Source: Candidatus Uhrbacteria bacterium (GTDB lineage: Bacteria; Patescibacteriota; Patescibacteriia; SG8-24). From it: a stretch of 64,000 nucleotides of DNA. The notes under the pieces are model-generated. The model was not told where the DNA came from. It saw only the letters and a list, made by a program, of their open reading frames with translations, and made no database searches. This document shows positions 1-10,541 of the stretch, in pieces. Positions within the stretch are counted from its first letter, which is position 1, and every line of letters starts with the position of its first letter. The position numbers and the translations under genes were made by a program. The stretch is taken from assembly GCA_016929435.1 (NCBI GenBank), contig JAFGIV010000026.1, positions 30,097-94,096 on the forward strand. The letters are read 5' to 3'.

Positions 1-44
1 TCCGAAGGGAGACGAATCTCTTTTTCGCTTAACGAACAAGAAAA

Positions 45-1103
45 ATGTTCAGTAAACTTTTAAATAGGTTTTCAAGCGAGTTGGGTATTGACCTGGGAAC
101 GGCCAATACCATGGTTTACTGTAAGGGAAAGGGGACGGTGATCAACGAGCCGTCCGTCGTGGCACTGAACGGTCGGACCGGACAGATCGTTGCCGTTGGC
201 CATGCGGCCAAGGAGATGATAGGCAAGACCCCGGGCCACATCTCCACCGTTCGGCCGCTGGTTTCCGGCATCATTTCCGATTTTGAGGTGACCGAAAAGA
301 TGCTCCGCTATTTCATAGAGAAAATCCACCGCGATTCCTTCCTGTTCACTCCCCGCCCGCGGGTGGTGATCGGCGTGCCGCTTGACCTGACCGAGGTGGA
401 AAGAAAGGCCGTGGAGGATGCGACCCTGAACGCCGGGGCCAGGGAGGTCTTCCTGGTTGAGGAACCAATGGCCTCCGCCATCGGTGCCCGATTGCCGATC
501 ACCGAACCGGTCGGGAACATGGTGGTCGATGTCGGCGGCGGCACGACCGAGATCGCCGTCATTTCCCTGGGGGGAATCGTTACCTGGAAATCCCTGCCGA
601 TCGCCGGCGATATCCTGAACAAGAACATCGTTCAGTTTGCCAGGGACAGCTTTAACCTCCTGCTTGGGGAAAGGGTTGCGGAACAGATAAAGATCCGCAT
701 CGGGTCGGCCTCGTCCCTGGACGAGCCGCTGCAGATGGAGATGCGCGGGAGGGACATGATTTCCGGCCTGCCGAAGGAGATAATCGTCAACGACGGACAG
801 ATACGGACCTCCATGGAGCGCTCGGTCCGAACGATCGTCGAAAGCATCAAGTCCGTCCTGGAGGTGACGCCGCCGGAACTGGTGGCGGACATATACGAGA
901 GGGGGATCGTCCTGACCGGCGGCGGTGCCCTGCTGAAGGGGTTGGATAGGGTCATTTCCAGGGCAACGGAGATTCCCGTCCGGATCGCCGATGACCCCCT
1001 GACCGGCGTGGTTCGGGGAACGGGAATGATCCTGGACGACGCCGATCTCCTGAACGACATTGCCCTCCCGTCCTCCTCGGATGAGAGTGGGGACAAGCGA
1101 TAG
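45..1103 (+). CDS. mreB: Rod shape-determining protein MreB
   Basis: GIDLGTANT, EPSVVA, VVDVGGGTTE and LTGGGALL actin-like motifs; first gene of the mreBCD-mrdA cluster. Confidence 0.97.
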   Translation: MFSKLLNRFSSELGIDLGTANTMVYCKGKGTVINEPSVVALNGRTGQIVAVGHAAKEMIGKTPGHISTVRPLVSGIISDFEVTEKMLRYFIEKIHRDSFLFTPRPRVVIGVPLDLTEVERKAVEDATLNAGAREVFLVEEPMASAIGARLPITEPVGNMVVDVGGGTTEIAVISLGGIVTWKSLPIAGDILNKNIVQFARDSFNLLLGERVAEQIKIRIGSASSLDEPLQMEMRGRDMISGLPKEIIVNDGQIRTSMERSVRTIVESIKSVLEVTPPELVADIYERGIVLTGGGALLKGLDRVISRATEIPVRIADDPLTGVVRGTGMILDDADLLNDIALPSSSDESGDKR

Positions 1104-1112
1104 CCCCCTGCC

Positions 1113-1916
1113 GTGTCCCGTCGCCCGGACAGAACGCGATCCCTCGTCCTGACAGCGATAGCGGCCGCTATCGGGCTGTCCCTTTTGGGTTTTTTCGGCA
1201 TTTCCGGAGGCCTGATCCAGAAACTGTCCGTTCGTTTGGCGAAACCCCTTCATGCGATCGGTTCGGCGGCGGCCGGAATCGCCGGTAGGGGCGACTGTGC
1301 GGTTGAGGAGTCGCTGCATAGGCAGGTAGAGTCCCTGACCATAGAGAATTCCCGCCTGAAGGCCCTGGTCCCGGAAAACGAGGCCCTTAAGGCCCTGTTG
1401 GGATTTTCCGAATCCGTCGGCGACCTTTCGGTTGCCGCTCGGGTGGTGTACGAGTATAACGACGGCATTTCCCGGAGTTTCGTGATCGACTGCGGACGGA
1501 ACGACGGCCTGGCGGTCGGGCAACCGGTCGTGGCCGGCGATGGGGTGATTGTCGGAAAGGTCAGTTCCGTGCGGCCGGAAGCCGCCACGGTCATGCCCCT
1601 GGCCGATTCCCGAAGCCGGCTGGCGGTCACGGTCCAGAACAGCCAGGATACCCTGGGAGTCCTGGAGGGCGATCGGGGATTGGGTGTCTCCATGCGACTG
1701 GTGCCGCAGACCGAGACGTTGGCGGTCGGGGATACCGTCATCACTTCCGGTTTGGAGGAGGGCATTCGACGGGGGCTGACCGTCGGTACGATCGACGGGG
1801 TGGACCGCGTGCCGCAGGAACCTTTCCAGTCGGCGTCCGTAGCCCAATTTTCCGCCTGGAGACACCCGCTTTTCGTGTCAGTGCTGGTCAGCGGGGAAAG
1901 GGGGGGTGACGAGTGA
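1113..1916 (+). CDS. mreC: Rod shape-determining protein MreC
   Basis: N-terminal TM, coiled coil (ENSRLKAL..ENEALKALL), GDTVITSGL motif; follows mreB. Confidence 0.93.
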   Translation: MSRRPDRTRSLVLTAIAAAIGLSLLGFFGISGGLIQKLSVRLAKPLHAIGSAAAGIAGRGDCAVEESLHRQVESLTIENSRLKALVPENEALKALLGFSESVGDLSVAARVVYEYNDGISRSFVIDCGRNDGLAVGQPVVAGDGVIVGKVSSVRPEAATVMPLADSRSRLAVTVQNSQDTLGVLEGDRGLGVSMRLVPQTETLAVGDTVITSGLEEGIRRGLTVGTIDGVDRVPQEPFQSASVAQFSAWRHPLFVSVLVSGERGGDE

Positions 1917-2458
1917 TGGGGTTACCCGTTCGCCTGGTTGCCGTTGCGGTCGTGGCCGGGTTTCTGGCCGTGTCTTTCGGTGCGTTTGTCAGCGCCTGGC
2001 CGGCACCGTTCGGCCGTCTTGACGTCGGCCTGATCCTGTCCTGCGGTTTGGTGGCAATGTTTCGGCCGACCGAGGCGATGGTTTCGGCCGTATCGGCGGG
2101 TTTGGCCCTGGATGCGATAGGCGCCTCGGTTCCCGGACTGCATCTCCTGACCGGCTTGATGGCGGTTTTTCTGGCCGATACGGTCTTTCGGCGATTTTTG
2201 GCGAATCTTTCCTGGCCGTCTTTCGTGACCCTGAACGCCCTTGCCTTCGTCTTTCGGGAAGCGGCGGTCGGGGCGGTTTCGGCCGTTGGGATTCGCCTGT
2301 CCGGGTTCGTTCCGGCCGTATCCGTCGGGGAGTGGTTCGGCGGCCTGCTGTCCGCCTCTGCCGTCCAGGCCGCAGTTGCCCTCCTGCTGTTGGGGGCGTT
2401 CCGGAGCCTGTCCGCCTGGTTTAACCGTCGCTACCTATATTCCAGAAATGTCCACTGA
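1913..2458 (+). CDS. mreD: MreD-like multi-pass membrane protein
   Basis: Hydrophobic protein with a GLALD motif, located between mreC and mrdA. Confidence 0.75.
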   Translation: MMGLPVRLVAVAVVAGFLAVSFGAFVSAWPAPFGRLDVGLILSCGLVAMFRPTEAMVSAVSAGLALDAIGASVPGLHLLTGLMAVFLADTVFRRFLANLSWPSFVTLNALAFVFREAAVGAVSAVGIRLSGFVPAVSVGEWFGGLLSASAVQAAVALLLLGAFRSLSAWFNRRYLYSRNVH

Positions 2459-4532
2459 ACGATTCGGCCAAAACGATCGGCATGACCGCCTGTTCGTCTC
2501 CCTGGAGGACGGGTCGGGTTTGGGTTCGGTCAATGTCGCCCGGACGGGAATAATCGGCGACGTTCCGGAAGGGGACGGCCAGGACAGCGATTTTTCCCCT
2601 TCCTGGAACTACCTCGGCCTGGCGGTTAGCCGACGGCGGATCACGGTTTTTTTTGCCGTTATTGCCGTGGGATTGATTTTGGCCGCTGCCCGGGTGTTCC
2701 AGATGCAGGTACTGGAGGGAAGTGAATACAGCCGTCGGGCCGAAGGCAATCGCATCAGGACGGAGCTTGTCCCTTCTGAACGGGGGGTGATTTACGACCG
2801 TAACGGCCGGGAACTGGTCCGTAACATTCCGCGATTTGACCTGGCGGTCGTGCCGAACGACCTGCCTTCCTCCGAGCGGGAACGACGGCAGGTGATCCTG
2901 CGGCTTTCGGAGATAACCGGTCTTGGGCCGGTGGAGCTGGAGGACAGAATGGCGGCTGCCGGAGAAACGTACGGAAATCCCGTCACGGTATCCGAGGACC
3001 TGACCCATAGGCAGGCCGTGTTGGTTTCCATTGAGGGATCAAGGGTCGGTGCCGTCCGTTTGGTCATCGGAACCCGCCGGTTCTATGCGGATACGGACGC
3101 CGTACCGTCCCTTTCCCACCTCCTCGGCTATACCGGACGTGTCGATGGCCAGGACGCAAAACTGCTGCCCAAACGGTCCTTGGCCGATGACCGCATCGGG
3201 AAGACGGGCCTGGAGCGGTTCTATGAGGCTGATCTTCGGGGGGAATACGGCCAACGGTTGGTGGAGGTAGATGCCCTGGGGCGGAACGAGGGGATCGTTT
3301 CCGAGGAGGATGGGCATCCGGGAAAGAGCCTCGTCCTGTCCCTTGACCTGGAGGCCCAGGAAGCGGCGGAGGCTTTTTTGCGGGAGGCACTGGAGACCGT
3401 TGGGGCCGAACGCGGCAGCGTGGTCGTCATGAACCCCAAGGACGGTGGAATAGTCGCCATGGTCAGTTGGCCGGCCTTTGACGCCAACCTGTTTTCCCTC
3501 GGAATTTCCCAGGAGGATTACGTTGCCCTGAAGACCGACACCAATACGCCGCTTTTCAACAGGGCAATTGCAGCCTCCCTTCCGTCCGGATCCACCTTCA
3601 AGCCGGTCGTGGCGGCCGCTGCCCTGGAGGAAGGGACGGTGACGAAAAATACCACGGTGATGTCCGTGGGCGGCATCAGCATCGGCCAGTGGAGGTTTCC
3701 GGACTGGAAGGCCGGCGGTCACGGGTTAACGGAAGTCACCAAGGCAATTGCCGAATCGGTCAATACCTATTTTTACGCCATTGGTGGGGGGTGGGGCGGC
3801 ATAGAGGGTTTGGGGGTGGAGAGGATCGTCGACTACGCCGGCCGGTTCGGGTTCGGGAAGGAGACGGGGGTGGACCTGCCCGGGGAAAACGACGGGCTGC
3901 TGCCGTCCAAGGAGTGGAAAGAGGTGATGAAGGGGGAGCCTTGGTACATAGGCGATACCTATCACCTTTCCATAGGCCAGGGGGACCTGCTGGTCACGCC
4001 CCTGCAGGTCGCCGCCATGACCGCGGTCTTCGCCAACGGCGGAAGGTTGGTCAGTCCCAGAATGGTGACGGCCCTAATAGGCGAAAACGGGGACCGACGG
4101 GAAATCCCCCCGAAGATTCGTGACGGTCAGGTGGTTGGGGAGGCGAGCCTGGACATTGTCAGGCAGGGGATGCGCCGGACCGTTACCGACGGCAGCGCCC
4201 GGTCCTTTTCCTGGCTTCCGGTTGAGGTGGCCGCCAAGACCGGTACGGCCCAATGGAACCGCAACCGCCGGACGCATGCCTGGTTCACCTCATTTGCCCC
4301 ATACGACGACCCGGAGCTGGTGGTGACCGTGATCGTTGAGGAGGGCGGCGATGGTTCCGCGGCTGCCGCTCCGGTCGCCAGGCGGTTTTACGAATGGTGG
4401 TATTCCGGACGGCCGCCGATCGGGGATTTTGGGCAGCCGGTTCCGGAATTGCATGCTGGGGAGGACGGGAACGGGGACGTTCCCGATCTTGAGCAGCAGC
4501 CGACCGGGGACGGGGACCTGACGGGCGAATGA
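2448..4532 (+). CDS. mrdA: Penicillin-binding protein 2
   Basis: RGVIYDRNG, GSTFK (SxxK), SVN and KTGTAQ motifs; start placed at ATG 2448, overlapping the mreD end. Confidence 0.95.
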   Translation: MSTERFGQNDRHDRLFVSLEDGSGLGSVNVARTGIIGDVPEGDGQDSDFSPSWNYLGLAVSRRRITVFFAVIAVGLILAAARVFQMQVLEGSEYSRRAEGNRIRTELVPSERGVIYDRNGRELVRNIPRFDLAVVPNDLPSSERERRQVILRLSEITGLGPVELEDRMAAAGETYGNPVTVSEDLTHRQAVLVSIEGSRVGAVRLVIGTRRFYADTDAVPSLSHLLGYTGRVDGQDAKLLPKRSLADDRIGKTGLERFYEADLRGEYGQRLVEVDALGRNEGIVSEEDGHPGKSLVLSLDLEAQEAAEAFLREALETVGAERGSVVVMNPKDGGIVAMVSWPAFDANLFSLGISQEDYVALKTDTNTPLFNRAIAASLPSGSTFKPVVAAAALEEGTVTKNTTVMSVGGISIGQWRFPDWKAGGHGLTEVTKAIAESVNTYFYAIGGGWGGIEGLGVERIVDYAGRFGFGKETGVDLPGENDGLLPSKEWKEVMKGEPWYIGDTYHLSIGQGDLLVTPLQVAAMTAVFANGGRLVSPRMVTALIGENGDRREIPPKIRDGQVVGEASLDIVRQGMRRTVTDGSARSFSWLPVEVAAKTGTAQWNRNRRTHAWFTSFAPYDDPELVVTVIVEEGGDGSAAAAPVARRFYEWWYSGRPPIGDFGQPVPELHAGEDGNGDVPDLEQQPTGDGDLTGE

Positions 4533-4625
4533 CCTGCCGGCGCAGTTGCCTTTACGTTCCCGGAACCATATAATTGGACGGTAGGACGGCCTGGCGCTAC
4601 GGCCGATACCCTGTTTTCATTTGAT

Positions 4626-6128
4626 ATGACCTTGAACGAAACGGACACAAGCCCAATCGAGGAGAGATCCACCCGGATTGGCCGCCTGCACGAGATCAGG
4701 GAGGCGGGGCTCGATCCCTACCCGTCATCTTCCGGGGGTTTTAGCCACTCCATCGGGGACGTTCGGTCCAAATTCGATTTTTTAATGGAATCGGGATCGG
4801 AAGTAACGACCGTCGGCCGACTAAAGGCGGTTCGGGGGCATGGCGGAGCCTGCTTTGCCGATCTGGAGGACTCCGGGCACCGTCTTCAGCTGCACCTGAA
4901 GGTCGACGTCTTGGGATCCGAAAAATACGGTCTTTTCACCGAAAGGATCGACCACGGGGATTTTTTGAGGGTGACCGGAAAATGTTTCGTCACCAAACGG
5001 GGGGAGAATTCCCTTGAGGTGTCGGACCTGCGGCTCCTGTCCAAGGCCCTTCGGCCCCTGCCGGCCAAGTGGCACGGGCTGACTGACGTGGAGGTCCGTT
5101 ACCGAAAGCGGTACCTGGACCTTATTGTCAACCCTCAAGTCCGGGACATTTTCGTAAAACGGAGCCTGATCGTCCGGACCATCCGCGATTTTTTCCACAG
5201 TGAGGGTTTCATGGAAGTGGAGACGCCGGTCCTGCAGCCCCTTTACGGTGGGGCGAACGCCACCCCGTTCGTGACCCGCCACAATGCCCTGGACATGGAC
5301 CTTTACCTGCGGATCGCCCCGGAGCTTTATTTGAAGCGCCTGGTGGTCGGCGGATTCAACCGCGTCTTTGAGATCGGACGCTGTTTCCGCAATGAGGGCA
5401 TTGACCACATGCACAATCCGGAATTCACCCAGGTGGAGTTCTACCAGGCCTACGCCGACTACCGTGACCTGATGGACCTGATGGAACGGCTGTTGCCCGA
5501 CCTGGCGATGGGTGTCTGCGGCCGGCTCCAGGTTGGGTATGAGGGGGAAACGGTTGACTTTACGCCGCCCTACCCCCGAGTTACCTTCCGTGACCTGCTG
5601 ATTCAACACGGCCAGTTCGATATCGAGGACTATCCGGATCGTCCGTCTTTGGCCAAGGCGGCCGAGGAGAGGGGGGTAAGGGTGGCGGACAGCGATGACC
5701 GCGGAAAAATCATGGATAACGTCTACAAGAAACTGGTCAGGCCCAATGTCCTTAACCCGGTCTTCATGACTGACGAACCGGTGGAGCTGTCCCCGTTGGC
5801 CAAAAAGAAAAAGGACGACCCCCGCTATGTCGAGCGTTTCCACCTGATTTTGGGGCGGGGAAACGAGCTGTGCAACGCCTTTTCCGAACTGAACGATCCG
5901 ATTGACCAAAGGGAACGGTTTGCCCAACAGGAAAGATCGCACCAGGCCGGCGATACGGAAGCCCAACGCATGGACACGGATTTCATTGAGGCCCTGGAGA
6001 CCGGAATGCCGCCGACCGCCGGATGCGGCATGGGAATAGACAGGCTGACCGCCATACTGACCGATTCCCACAGCCTGAAGGAGGTCATACTGTTCCCGAC
6101 CATGAAACCGGATACGGGAAAGGATTGA
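4626..6128 (+). CDS. lysS: Lysine--tRNA ligase (class II)
   Basis: YRKRYLDLI, LRIAPELYLKRL, FRNEG and GMPPTAGCGMGIDRL motifs. Confidence 0.98.
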   Translation: MTLNETDTSPIEERSTRIGRLHEIREAGLDPYPSSSGGFSHSIGDVRSKFDFLMESGSEVTTVGRLKAVRGHGGACFADLEDSGHRLQLHLKVDVLGSEKYGLFTERIDHGDFLRVTGKCFVTKRGENSLEVSDLRLLSKALRPLPAKWHGLTDVEVRYRKRYLDLIVNPQVRDIFVKRSLIVRTIRDFFHSEGFMEVETPVLQPLYGGANATPFVTRHNALDMDLYLRIAPELYLKRLVVGGFNRVFEIGRCFRNEGIDHMHNPEFTQVEFYQAYADYRDLMDLMERLLPDLAMGVCGRLQVGYEGETVDFTPPYPRVTFRDLLIQHGQFDIEDYPDRPSLAKAAEERGVRVADSDDRGKIMDNVYKKLVRPNVLNPVFMTDEPVELSPLAKKKKDDPRYVERFHLILGRGNELCNAFSELNDPIDQRERFAQQERSHQAGDTEAQRMDTDFIEALETGMPPTAGCGMGIDRLTAILTDSHSLKEVILFPTMKPDTGKD

Positions 6129-6237
6129 AAAAATTAAGGTCATATCCAAGACAACCCATCCGGTTCGGGGCATCCGAACGGCGGCCTGACAAACGGCCGC
6201 CTTATCGGCCCGCCCCTCACCGCATGACATCAAGCCT

Positions 6238-7506
6238 ATGATAGACATCAAGTTCGTCAGGGAAAATCCGGAAGCCGTCAGGGCCGGTCTGGCCGCCAAG
6301 CGGGTTACGGTCGATGTTGACCGTCTCCTGGCCGTCGATGCCGAAAGGCGCGCCAAGATCACCGATTTCGAGCAGCTGCGCGCCAAACAGAACCGGGAAT
6401 CGGAAGCCGTGGCCAAGGAGAGGGATGCCGCCGCCCGACAGGAGAAAATCGTAGCCCTGAAGGCCGTCAAGGATGACCTGAAGGCCCTGGAGCCGGAGAT
6501 CGGTTCCCTGACCGCCGAATACGACACCCTCATGCGGTCCATTCCGAACCTGCCGCGTCCGGATGTCCGGGTCGGCCGCGACGATTCGGAAAACTATACG
6601 ATTCGGACCTTCGGGGAACCGCCCCGGTTTGATTTCGAGGCCAGGGATTACATGACCTTGGGGGAAAGCCTGGACATCATCGATGTCGAACGGGCCGGAA
6701 AGACCTCAGGGTCGCGGTTCGGTTTCCTGAAGGGCGACGGGGCCCGCCTGGAATTCGCCCTGGTTCAGTACGCCCTGGAAAAGCTGATCGGCGACGGCTT
6801 CACGCCGATCGTCCCGCCGGTCATGATCAACGAACGGTCGATGTCGGCCATGGGCTACATGGATCGCGGTCGGGACGAAATCTATAGGGTGGAAGGGGAG
6901 GACCTCTACCTGGTCGGTACTTCCGAGCAGGTCATGGGGGCCATGCATATCGACGAGACCTTTCAGGAAAACGAGTTGCCGCGCCGCTATGTCGGCTTCT
7001 CCACCTGTTTCCGGAAGGAGGCCGGTTCCTACGGGAAGGATGTCCGGGGCATCCTGCGCGTCCACCAGTTCGATAAGCTGGAAATGTTTTCCTATACCGT
7101 ACCGGAAGGTTCCGATGCCGAACACGAACGCATCCTGGCCACGGAAGAGGGCCTGATGCAGGGATTGAACCTGCCGTATCGGGTCCTGGGGATCGTTTCC
7201 GGTGACTTGGGCGATCCGGCGGCCCGTAAGTTCGACATCGAGACCTGGGTGCCGTCCCAGAACACCTACCGGGAAACCCATTCCTGCTCGACATGCACCG
7301 ATTGGCAGGCCCGACGGCTCAATGTCCGTGTCCGGCGAAACAACGGGGAGATGCAGTTCTGCCACACCCTGAACGGCACGGCCTTCGCCGTCGGTCGGAC
7401 AATCATCGCCATCCTGGAAAACTACCAGCGGGCGGACGGATCTGTCGCCATTCCGGAGGTCCTGCGGCCCTACATGGGCGGGAAAACCGCCATTACCAAG
7501 CGATGA
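6238..7506 (+). CDS. serS: Serine--tRNA ligase
   Basis: N-terminal coiled coil, GTSEQ, FRKEAG, RVHQFDKLE and HTLNGTA motifs. Confidence 0.98.
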   Translation: MIDIKFVRENPEAVRAGLAAKRVTVDVDRLLAVDAERRAKITDFEQLRAKQNRESEAVAKERDAAARQEKIVALKAVKDDLKALEPEIGSLTAEYDTLMRSIPNLPRPDVRVGRDDSENYTIRTFGEPPRFDFEARDYMTLGESLDIIDVERAGKTSGSRFGFLKGDGARLEFALVQYALEKLIGDGFTPIVPPVMINERSMSAMGYMDRGRDEIYRVEGEDLYLVGTSEQVMGAMHIDETFQENELPRRYVGFSTCFRKEAGSYGKDVRGILRVHQFDKLEMFSYTVPEGSDAEHERILATEEGLMQGLNLPYRVLGIVSGDLGDPAARKFDIETWVPSQNTYRETHSCSTCTDWQARRLNVRVRRNNGEMQFCHTLNGTAFAVGRTIIAILENYQRADGSVAIPEVLRPYMGGKTAITKR

Positions 7507-7603
7507 CGGGCGGAACGAAAAAGATGTTGCCAATCGATCCCCAATACCGTTATACCGTTCATGCGGCCAGGAAAATCCGCACCTGTTTCGTGGTATAATC
7601 TAA

Positions 7604-8650
7604 ATGATGTTCAGCCGAAACAAAAAGAGACCCCCTTTTTCCGTGGCCAGGCACTCCCGCCGCATTCCGGCCATCCGTCGCCGGTCGGGCAACCCGTACT
7701 TCAACCGTTCCCGCCGGTCTGTTGGCCCGGAGCTTCCGAGCCTGCGGACGGTATCTTTGGCGGCCGGATGGGTCATCGGGCTGGCTGTTTTTTACTACCT
7801 GATTTGGGGGTCGCCTTTTGCGATACGGGAAATCGGGATAACGGGAGCGTCCCCGGACACGGAACGGTCGATCCGCAGGATAATCGACGAGCAACTGGAG
7901 GGGGGCGGGATCTTTCCGTCCCGCAACATCGTTTTTTTCGATGAGGACAGGGCCATCAGCCGCATCGGTCAGGATTTTCTTCTGGAAAGCCTGGATATCA
8001 GGAAGACACTTCCCGGTTCGCTGGCCATGACGGTAACGGAAAAAACCGTTCGGGGTGCCCTTTTGGCTGACGGCCGTTTTCTTGGCCTGGACGGATCCGG
8101 GTTCGTGGTTCGGGAACTGACCGACGGCGAAGCCGCATCCCTCGGGCCGTTGCCGCCGGAATACGAGCAGGTGCTGGCACCGGAACTGGGGGCGGAAACG
8201 GCGTTCGTCAGCGACGCCGAAGCGGTAGGGGAAGGACAGGACGAAAAGGAATCGGGCACCCCTACCGAAAACAGGCCGTCATTGCCCCTGATATTGCTTG
8301 ACCCCACCCCCAACGACAAGGGAACGGTCCAGGTCGGAGGCCATCCGGTTCCCGCCCCGGTCATGTCCCTGATAACCGTCGCTTTCGAAAAAATGGCGGT
8401 ACGCGTCGGCGAGTCTCCGATTCGTTTTGTCAGCCGCGGACCGGATACCGAATCAGCGGAAATGCTGATGGAAAGCGGCTGGAAGGCGTATTTCGGATCA
8501 GACCAGCCGTTTGATTCCCAGATCGACCGGCTGGTCATGATCCTGCGGGATAAGGTCGGGGAAAGGCGGCCGGAGCTGGAATACGTGGATTTGCGTTATG
8601 GGGAAAGGATATTCTTTAAGTTTCGCGACGCGGATTCGGGATCAGGATAG
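7604..8650 (+). CDS. FtsQ/DivIB-like cell division protein
   Basis: Basic N-terminus, single TM, POTRA-like segment (IRKTLPGSLAMTVTEK), C-terminal YVDLRY. Confidence 0.7.
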   Translation: MMFSRNKKRPPFSVARHSRRIPAIRRRSGNPYFNRSRRSVGPELPSLRTVSLAAGWVIGLAVFYYLIWGSPFAIREIGITGASPDTERSIRRIIDEQLEGGGIFPSRNIVFFDEDRAISRIGQDFLLESLDIRKTLPGSLAMTVTEKTVRGALLADGRFLGLDGSGFVVRELTDGEAASLGPLPPEYEQVLAPELGAETAFVSDAEAVGEGQDEKESGTPTENRPSLPLILLDPTPNDKGTVQVGGHPVPAPVMSLITVAFEKMAVRVGESPIRFVSRGPDTESAEMLMESGWKAYFGSDQPFDSQIDRLVMILRDKVGERRPELEYVDLRYGERIFFKFRDADSGSG

Positions 8651-8760
8651 CCCAATGGCGTCTTTAGGAAGGCCCGACGGTGTGCGTGCACCGTTTTTTG
8701 GTTCGTATCCGTATTTATGAGGTTATCGCTACGGGGAAAATTACGGAACCACCAAATCAT

Positions 8761-10539
8761 ATGTCGATCAAGTCGTTTTTTGGCCTGGTTAGGGCCCATA
8801 AAATCATATCCCTTCTCATCCTGGCGGGGTTGGTTTGGGGCGGTCTGTCCCTAAGGGGCCGGCTGGTCCCGGAACGGGAGACCGTTTCCTATTCCACCCA
8901 GGCCGTTGAGACCAATACCATTATCATGAGCGTTTCCGGTACCGGACAGATTGCCAACGTGGAACAGGTTGACCTGAAACCCGGCACCTCCGAAACCGTC
9001 ACCCAAGTCAACGTCTCAAACGGCCAGTCGGTCAGGGCCGGAGCCGTTTTGGTTCGTTTGGACGCCAGCGACGTGGCCGAAGGCATCCAGGATGCGGAAA
9101 CCGCCCTGGAAACCGCCAAACTGCAGCTGGAAAGGCTCATGGAGCCGGCGGACGAATACGACATGCTTCAGGCTCAAAATTCCGTCATTCAGGCCAAGGA
9201 ATCGGAATCCGAGGCTGTGATAAGCCTGGGTACCGCCTATGACGATGCCTACGGCGACGTGACGGACGCCTTTCTTTCCCTTCCGAACACCATGTCCAGC
9301 CTGGTCGGGATAATCAACGACAGCGACATCAACGGCTATCAGGCGGACATTGACGCCTACTCCGACATTGCCTACCGTTATGACGATTCCGTTGACTGGA
9401 TAAGGCAATCCGTTCGGGCGGCCTATGACCTGGCGCGGGCGGATTATGACCTGTCCTATGCGGATTACAAGCGATCCGGAAGCGATGCGGACCGCGAAAC
9501 GATCGAACGGCTGCTCGACGAAACCCTGAAGGCGGCCGAGGGAATTTCCGTGACCGCCAAGGAAATGAAGAACCTTATCGATTTCGTTGAGGACATACTG
9601 ACGGTCCGCAACTATCCCGCCCCCCGAACCACCGAATCCGACCAGGAGGCCCTGAACGGACTGATATCATCCCTCAATTCCATGACCCGCAGCCTGAAGG
9701 ACGCCAAATCAACCGTTCGTAGCCGGGCAGACGCCGTCGTTAAGGCCGCTCGAACGGTCGAGGAGCGGGAAATGTCCCTCAATCGCCTGATGGAACCGCC
9801 GGACGAACTGGATATCCGTTCCCAAAGAATAGCCATTCAGCAGAAAGAGAACGCCCTGCGGAAAATAAAGGGCGGCTATTCCGATTACGTGATAACCGCA
9901 CCGTTCGATGGGGTGGTTGCCAACGTTGGGGTCAAGGTGGGGGAGTCGGTCTCGTCCGGCACGGTGGCCGTTACCCTGATTACCGCCCAGAAGGTGGCGG
10001 AAATTTCCCTGAATGAGGTTGACATCACCGGCGTATCCGTCGGCCAGAAAGCCACCATTGAATTCGATTCCATCGACGATTTCAGCATTACGGGAACGGT
10101 CGTGGAAGTGGATGCGATCGGCACCACCTCACAGGGGGTGGTGAGCTACGGCGTAAAGATCAGCCTGGACACCCAGGACGACCGGATAAAGACCGGCATG
10201 AGCGTTTCCGCCGCCATCGTCACCCAGGTCGTTCCCGGTACCCTGACGGTCCCCAATTCGGCGATCAAATCCCAAAACGGCCAGTCTTACGTCGAGATAC
10301 TGGAAAGGGACGGCAGCGGAAAGGACGTGCCTGTCAGGGTTCGGGTGACGGTCGGGACGTCCGATGACGCAAATACGGAAATTTTGGAGGGGCTGGCCGA
10401 AGGGGACATGGTCATAACGAAAACCGTCACTGGTGATGTATCCGGTTCCCAGACGGAAAAAAAATCATCGGGCAGCCTGATGCAGATGATGGGCGGAAGC
10501 GCGGCCGGCGGCCCGCCGGCCGGCGGGATGATGAGATAA
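8761..10539 (+). CDS. MacA/HlyD-family periplasmic adaptor (membrane fusion protein) with a long helical insert
   Basis: N-terminal TM, lipoyl half-motifs (V..GQSVRAG; ITAPFDGVV), IKTGMSV; directly upstream of ABC genes; start placed at ATG 8761. Confidence 0.88.
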   Translation: MSIKSFFGLVRAHKIISLLILAGLVWGGLSLRGRLVPERETVSYSTQAVETNTIIMSVSGTGQIANVEQVDLKPGTSETVTQVNVSNGQSVRAGAVLVRLDASDVAEGIQDAETALETAKLQLERLMEPADEYDMLQAQNSVIQAKESESEAVISLGTAYDDAYGDVTDAFLSLPNTMSSLVGIINDSDINGYQADIDAYSDIAYRYDDSVDWIRQSVRAAYDLARADYDLSYADYKRSGSDADRETIERLLDETLKAAEGISVTAKEMKNLIDFVEDILTVRNYPAPRTTESDQEALNGLISSLNSMTRSLKDAKSTVRSRADAVVKAARTVEEREMSLNRLMEPPDELDIRSQRIAIQQKENALRKIKGGYSDYVITAPFDGVVANVGVKVGESVSSGTVAVTLITAQKVAEISLNEVDITGVSVGQKATIEFDSIDDFSITGTVVEVDAIGTTSQGVVSYGVKISLDTQDDRIKTGMSVSAAIVTQVVPGTLTVPNSAIKSQNGQSYVEILERDGSGKDVPVRVRVTVGTSDDANTEILEGLAEGDMVITKTVTGDVSGSQTEKKSSGSLMQMMGGSAAGGPPAGGMMR

Positions 10540-10541
10540 GC

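Noticed and set aside
6129-6237. T-box riboswitch upstream of serS
   Set aside because: Two small hairpins, but too short and no T-box consensus
72-7533. Long antisense ORFs (e.g. 72-1865, 4821-6542; likewise 39703-40809)
   Set aside because: Shadows of GC-rich real genes on the opposite strand, with no motifs
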